Assembly (NCBI GenBank): GCA_002269645.1 | Contig: NIVC01003940.1 | Location: forward strand, 4,647 to 68,646 | DNA length: 64,000 nucleotides | Origin: Macrostomum lignano | Lineage: Eukaryota | Direction: 5' to 3' | Part shown: positions 57,259-64,000 of the stretch, piece by piece | Position numbering within the stretch: the first letter of the stretch is position 1 | Layout: every line of letters starts with the position of its first letter | Translations under genes and position numbers: made by a program | The notes under the pieces: generated by a model | The model's database searches: none | Told to the model about the DNA's origin: nothing | The model's input: the letters and a program-made list of their open reading frames with translations, nothing else

Positions 57259-59922
57259 ATGTCGTCTTCGTCAGCGCTGTCATCGGTGGAGAACCAGCTG
57301 AACAATCAGCAGCCTCTGTCGCCACAAGTCTCCGGCGTCCAAACTCGAATGTCGAAAATCTCCGACTTCGACATCGGCTGCCCGCTCGGCAAGGGCAAGT
57401 TCGGCAATGTGTATTTAGCCAAGGAGAAGAAGCACGATTTCCTGGTTGCTCTGAAGATTCTGTTTAAAAGTCAGTTGGTCAAAGGTCGGATGGAGCACCA
57501 GCTTCATCGCGAGATTGAGATTATGAGTCATCTGAGGCATCCGCATATTCTGCAGCTCTATACAATGTTTTACGATCAGAAGCGCATCTACTTGGTGCTT
57601 GAGTACGCCTTTCGAGGCCAGATGTACTCCCTGCTCACCAGGATGGGCCGCTTCAGCGAGCGGAGGTCCGCCACCTACATGTACCAGCTAGCTGATGCCC
57701 TGGCCTTCTGTCATAGCAAGCAGGTCATTCACAGGGGTGAGTGAGAATCTCATGTAGCCAGATCTATTCTCATGGGTGAGAATCTCATGTAGTCAAATCT
57801 ATTCTCATGTGTGAGAATCTCGTGTAGCCAGATCTATTCTCACGGGTGAGAATCTCGTGTAGCCAGATCTATTCTCATGAGTGAGAATCCCATGTAGCCA
57901 GATCTATTCTCATGGGTGAGAATCCCATGTAGTCAAATCTATTCTCATGTGTGAGAATCTCGTGTAGCCAGATCTATTCTCACGGGTGAGAATCTCGTGT
58001 AGCCAGATCTGTTCTCATGAGTGAGAATCCCATGTAGCCAGATCTATTCTCATGGGTGAGAATCTCATGTAGTCAAATCTATTCTCATGTGTGAGAATCT
58101 CGTGTAGCCAGATCTATTCTCATGAGTGAGAATCCCATGTAGCCAGACCTATTCTCATGAGTGAGAATCGCATGTAGCCAGACCTATTCTCATGGGTGAG
58201 AATCCCATGTATCCAAATATATTATTATGGGTGAGAATCTCATGTAGTCAAATCTATTCTCATGGGTGAGAATCTCGTGTAGCCAGATCTATTCTCATGG
58301 GTGAGAATCTCGTGTAGCCAGATCTATTCTCATGGGTGAGAATCTCATGTAGTCAAATCTATTCTCATGTGTGAGAATCTCGTGTAGCCAGATCTATTCT
58401 CACGGGTGAGAATCTCGTGTAGCCAGATCTATTCTCATGAGTGAGAATCCCATGTAGCCAGATCTATTCTCATGGGTGAGAATCCCATGTAGTCAAATCT
58501 ATTCTCATGTGTGAGAATCTCGTGTAGCCAGATCTATTCTCACGGGTGAGAATCTCGTGTAGCCAGATCTGTTCTCATGAGTGAGAATCCCATGTAGCCA
58601 GATCTATTCTCATGGGTGAGAATCTCATGTAGTCAAATCTATTCTCATGTGTGAGAATCTCGTGTAGCCAGATCTATTCTCACGGGTGAGAATCTCGTGT
58701 AGCCAGATCTATTCTCATGAGTGAGAATCCCATGTAGCCAGATCTATTCTCATGGGTGAGAATCCAGTGCAGTTAGAACAGAGTCGAACCCCCGCTGCCC
58801 CATCGCAGACATCAAGCCGGAGAACCTGCTGCTGGGATTCTATTACGAGCTGAAGCTCGCCGACTTCGGCTGGTCAGTGCACGCGCCATCGCAGCGGAGG
58901 CGAACCCTGTGCGGCACCCTGGACTACCTGCCGCCAGAGATGGTCACAGGGGTCACCCACGATGAAGGCGTCGACGTCTGGACGATGGGCGTCCTCTGCT
59001 ACGAGATGCTGCACGGCTCGCCACCGTTCGAGGACGAAGATGAGCATGGGACCCAAAAACGAATCGCTATGGTGGACTTCACCTTCCCCGAGCACATCTC
59101 TCCTCTGGCCAGGTGAGGCGGTTAGGAGGGGACAGTTTTGTCGTTTTCCGTTGCTTACCGGTTTTTTTTTATGATTATTATTCTAATGTCAAATCTCATG
59201 AACCCACTTGCCGCCTCAAATGCCACTCCAATCTCATAAATCCCACTCCCCATCTCATAAATCCCACTCCCCATCTCATAAATCCCACTCCCCATCTCAT
59301 AAACCCCACTTCTAATCTCATGAATTAGTTTAGTTGGATAAATATTGTTTAAAGCGTGGATAAAGTTGGATATATCCTACTTTCCATCTCATAAATCTCA
59401 ATTCCCATCTCGTAAATCTTACTTCCCATCTCAAAATCTCACCCACCACCTCATAAATCTCACTTCCCGTCATAAATCTCACTTCCTATCTCATAAATCT
59501 CTCACTTCCCATTTCATAAATCTCACCCACCATCTCTAAATCTCACTTCCTATCACATAGATCCCACTATCATCTCATAAATGTCACTTCTCATCTCAAC
59601 TCTGAATTAACTCCCAAGCTTGCACTTTTGACATTAGAAAATTCCAATTATTTACGCCCCTATATCTTTTATATATTGATTCCCATAAAAAACTGTTGCC
59701 ATCAGAGACCTGATCAGCCGCATTCTGCGCAAGCGCTCCAAGGACCGCATCAGCCTCCAGGACATCCAGTGCCACCCGTGGATTGAACAGCACGCTACAA
59801 AATCTGTAGACACGAACCCCAGCCATCTGGAGTCTTACCTGCGCGAGGATTTCAATCGGACGATGAATGAAGAGTCCAAGGCTCTGCTGACCGACTGCAC
59901 TGCTGAGAGTCACGGAGAGTGA
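57259..59922 (+). CDS. AURKB: Aurora kinase (B-like). Exons 57259-57736, 58809-59112, 59706-59922; 332 aa; alternative in-frame ATG at 57220
   Basis: [27 protein letters not shown]|[39 protein letters not shown]; the exons total 999 nt and are in frame. B-type assignment is tentative: short N-terminus, and Thr rather than Gly at the LY(G/N)YF position that separates Aurora A from B. Confidence 0.9.
57741..58765. repeat. 35-bp satellite (~29 copies, partial 4-unit higher-order pattern) filling Aurora intron 1
   Basis: GTGAGAATCTCATGTAGCCAGATCTATTCTCATGG; unit ends cycle TGG/TGT/CGG/TGA. Confidence 0.96.
59228..59600. repeat. 21-bp repeat (~4 copies) decaying into AAATCTCA-rich sequence, Aurora intron 2
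   Basis: CATCTCATAAATCCCACTCCC. Confidence 0.8.
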
Positions 59923-61814
59923 TTGCCGGTATTTTCAAGGTGCAAATTTTAACTGACCTACAATATACTGCAGCTCTAGCTCTGATGTGTGCATAAATGT
60001 TTGTATTAGTTATATTTGCTATTAGTGTGACTAACTAACCTTTCCATCAATTACTACCTGTTGAGAACGTTGCCCTGACCAGAATTGCTAAGGAGTCATT
60101 GCACACAATATATTTAAGTCTCTAGCGATTCTAGAGCGATCTTTTTGTGACATTTTAACGACACAAACGACTAACTCAAGTACTCTGGTACGCCTCAGAT
60201 CCGACTGTACGGTCTCAGTCGCAGACAATTGAGACAGAAAAACGTTTCAAATTGTTTTAGAGTCGTCTAGAGTCACTTCTTTCCTAGTTTACCTGTGTTA
60301 CCTGCAACGACTCTATGCTGCTTCTTGGCCTTCTCGTTTTCATCGGGTGGGGGCAATTTAGTTTGCAAAATACATGCAATTTTCTTTTTTATTTACATGT
60401 ATGACCATCTTCATTACATTTGCATAATTCATATGCTATTACTAATGTAATAAACAATGAATTAGTAATGATATTAGCTTGAATTTCTGGTGCTGATTTA
60501 TTTTTTCTACTTATTGCTCAAAGCTACAAGTCTTAATTAACACTCGTTGATTTAGCCGATACCGATATATATTTACAATATTTTGTAAGTTTTTTCTGTC
60601 TTAATCAGCATTTTGTAAGAAACAGCTGGTAACTAAAATAGTATATTTTGTCCTGCGTAATAAATTTTTTAATAAATGCTACTAATTAAATTGCCTGCTC
60701 GCAATATTTTATTTATTTTATTGTCAAAACATAAACACGTTTCTTAAGGGGCTTGTTGTTATTTGTATTAATACACATCTTTAGTTAAGCATATATTAGG
60801 AACAAAGTATAGTTAATCAGCCAGTCTCAGGGGTTTATCTCAATTTTGCATAATGCTGGAGCAGTCGCAGACCAAACAGACATTTTTTGCCTGAAAATCT
60901 AAATAAAATTGATTAATATATCGATGAGTTTCTAGCTACTTAAATCTGTATGAGTAACTTCCCCTTGGGTTAGACAAAATGGGGAGACAACATTTTTATT
61001 TCAATTTTAAATTTGCATTTTTATGCAAATGCGAACAGGGGTTAGAATTTGATTTATATTAAAATACGATCCATACGACAAATATGATTAATTGGTTGCT
61101 GGTCAATTGTTATATTCTATTTCGTCATATAGGATAACGAAGTGACCAGGAGCTAAGTAGCATTCTAAAGTAATATGAGATGAAGTTAGCAAATATTTTA
61201 ATAATACCTGGAACCTAGGTTAATCAATACTTTGTTATCAATTTCAATCGGCTAAGTGGTGGATGACAATCCATTGCAACACACTCGTATGTAACAATGC
61301 ACATATAACTAAACCGTAAATTTGGACCCTTCGAGAGAGTAATCACCAATAGAGATGGACACCAAGTCTTAATTATAAAAAATGCAAACAATTAATACTT
61401 TAAGCACACGTATTTGCATACAATAAATACTTTATACTCGTAAATGATCCACATTAATTCACTTGGAATTGAAATGCTTGTGGATGACAAAATGACTCCC
61501 TTCAGTTAGTGTATGTTGATTAAGATGACGAAGTGACCAGAACCGGGAGGGGGGTCATACATATAGACACCCTAGATGACGAAATGACTAGGGACGCTTT
61601 CATAACCGACCTCCTGCTAAACTGATATTAAAGCTAGATGTGCATACTGTACAAAAGGTACTTGAATGTTATGCCTATGTTATACTTACTATGTACAACA
61701 ATGACATTCCTTGATATCACCTTACCAAGTTAGAAGCAACTCAAATTTAATTAAATCTGATGTGGACACTACTTGTACTGTAGTTTTCTGATCATCAAGC
61801 TTCTAGTGTGGGCT

Positions 61815-61925
61815 CAGAGAAGATAGTTGAGCTCGGGGTAGGTACTCGTAAAATTCACCATGGCGATCTGTTTCTGAGTCCGCGCTTCATCCTCGAGGAG
61901 TTGGACGAGGCCCGCATGCAACAAC
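61815..61925 (-). pseudogene. Degenerate inverted fragment of Aurora kinase exon 2
   Basis: EDEARTQKQIAMVNFTSTYPE compared with [19 protein letters not shown] in the local gene. Confidence 0.6.
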
Positions 61926-63461
61926 AACCCTCCTGTCCTGCAACGAAACTGCTGGGGCTGAACGAACCGACTGAAGAAGTTGCGTTCAATCCTTCTCTGC
62001 ACACGGGAAGAATATAGCCAGCATCAGACAAAATAACGCAGAGTTTCTGATTCCTGGAATGAGTTCGATAATCACCCAGCTGGTTCGGAATTCCACAAGA
62101 GCTGTTAACTGCCATTCTCGTTAGCAGAGCTTCCTGGCGCTGTCTCATTTCGTATTTACAATTGGAAATAGCGGAATACCTTTGTCGGCATCTATAATAG
62201 AGCTCTATGCGTTCTCGAGAGACTACTTAATGCAGTAGCAATAAGACAAATATGCGTTTTCTGCCGCGGCCTCCAGCTCATTTCTAAGAAAAAGCGAGTT
62301 TAGCGTCCCTATGAATTCGATGACTGGATATGAATGTATCAACTACAGGTAATCTTTGGACTTGTCTACTTATAAAACTATATGAGTAGTATATAAAACA
62401 TCTGGACTTGAAACGTCTCGCTAACGTACGCGACTTTATAGAAACAATTCTATACTCATTTAGGTTTCTATACAGCAACCCATTTTTTACATGGATAAAA
62501 GTCATGACTTACACTGCCTGAGCAAAAGTGTTTGACAGCATAAAAAATAAAGAATATTTTATTTAAGAGTTTCACCACAGTGTTAGTCGTTAAGCGGGGG
62601 TATTACAAGAGGGTTTGGCTCTGAAAAATAACCACTTTCGGTACTGTAAGGAAAGAAAACACAAATCGGGATTACCGTTTGATTTATTAAGGGTTCTAGT
62701 TAATCATGATTAGGGATAAGTCGTGTAGCTAAGTAGCTATAAGGAGTTCGGGACTGAAATGCTTCTGAGAAATAAAAGTTACGTAGTAGGGGTACAGTAC
62801 AGCTACACACGTTATATACACGTAGATATATGTATACTAGAATGTTATGCCTTAGTTGCTTTTCGTTAATTAAAGGTCTTGCTTTGGCCTTTACAATCAT
62901 GTCTGATTAATAACAGACAATCGGTAGACATAATTATCCGCTCTTGCACTTTCCACACCATGCTTTATCCTACAGAGGCGTTTCATTCGCTAACACGTGA
63001 AAGTTTTCTTAATTTTTTTTCTTAATGTGTTTTCTAAACTATAATTGAAGTTGTCTTACGCTATTTTAACTCCTGCAAATATCGCGATTTAACTAATGGC
63101 ATGGGCGGATAAGCGGATAATTTAGCGAAAATAGTGCATTTAGACTAGTTGCGCAACCCCCAGTCGTAGCTTCCACATGTTGAAGCTTTTGATAAATCTT
63201 ACCTGCAAGTGTAAAGATACTTTGATACTTCAAATCTGTTGTCACTCAACTCCTTAACAATGTAACAGGCGTGCAGAACAGGTAATAGTAATCACAGTAA
63301 GCAAATATAATACGTACAGAACTAAATGAAAATAGGTTCCTATTAAATGATTCAGCCGTAGCTTTAAATATATCGATATGAAGAATTAGTAGCGGGCATG
63401 CAGAAACAATTAGTAAACAACAAAGCGAATACAATTCGAACGACAGCATAGATGAGAAATA

Positions 63462-63743
63462 TCACAGCAGATTGAGCTGCGCCATGTAAACTCTGCGCAA
63501 GATTGTCTGACAGTCCGCGAACACTGCCTAATGTTCTCCGTGTCCACGGCTGTTGTGTAGTGCGGATAGCATCTGCGCTGCCCGTCGCCTTGGGCGATGG
63601 CCTGGAACTTGTCCCGCACGAAGCTTTGGCCCTGGTCAGCTCCGGCTCCTCCTTGGGATTCTTCGTGAGTCCGGCCCCGGCTGAGGGTAGTTTTTGTACT
63701 TTCGAGAAGTCTTCCAGTTTCGTCTTTCCTTTAAGAATTTTTC
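63462..63743 (-). CDS. GNAS: G protein alpha-s-like subunit, last coding exon (gene continues beyond the window); at least two 1-nt deletions as given
   Basis: [12 protein letters not shown]...EEPELTRAK / [32 protein letters not shown] / [20 protein letters not shown] aligns to the G-alpha-s end KVLAGKSKIEDY...TRAKYFIRDEF...[36 protein letters not shown]; acceptor TTTGCAG at 63744. Confidence 0.85.
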
Positions 63744-64000
63744 CTGCAAAGCAAAACCAAAATAAAAATTAGGGAAACAGCTTTTTTGGCCAAAATGTGT
63801 GCTCGTCTGGTGTGTTTTACTACACTATTACCTCCTATTTTGAACGAACTCCTTTTTTACTCAAACAAGCGGACATCATTTCAGAGACTGGTACATAGGT
63901 TCTTTTCAATTCCTGAACGTGTTTAACTCGAAAATAAACTCCTATGCAAAAGGAAGATAATCGAAAGAGACAGATCGTTTTCAAATCAAACGTGATGGCT

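Noticed and set aside
63503-63772. Plus-strand 89-aa ORF, and an initial reading of KTKLEDF as a kinase N-lobe
   Set aside because: The minus strand is much better explained as the G-alpha-s C-terminus.

Overview
Eukaryotic (metazoan) genomic DNA with GC-rich exons, GT-AG introns, many tandem repeats and transposon relics. The (CTGT)n tracts and satellite-filled introns suggest a flatworm such as Macrostomum; this is inference only. From left to right: (1) the 3' part of a Polinton/Maverick-type protein-primed DNA polymerase B gene, split by three 71-77 nt introns that fall in catalytic motifs A, B and C, followed by a repeat/hairpin block; (2) a 23-bp satellite interrupted by an RNase H LINE; (3) three minus-strand paralogs of a secreted protein (signal peptide - PAN/apple - Thr-rich mucin stalk - ALK/LTK-type glycine-rich domain; no transmembrane segment or kinase), which differ in stalk length and in having 1, 2 or half a Gly-rich domain; (4) RTE, BEL/Pao, piggyBac, Helitron (with an intron in its HUH motif), CORE-SINE and three hAT MITE relics; (5) ALDH7A1 (6 exons, frameshifted by a 7-nt duplication as given), an Aurora kinase (3 exons, intact) and the last exon of a G-alpha-s gene. 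Several introns are filled by satellites whose units resemble their own 5' splice site. Repeated 1-nt homopolymer deletions, including in G-alpha-s, suggest that some frameshifts are assembly errors. No database searches were run; all calls are from motif recognition by eye.
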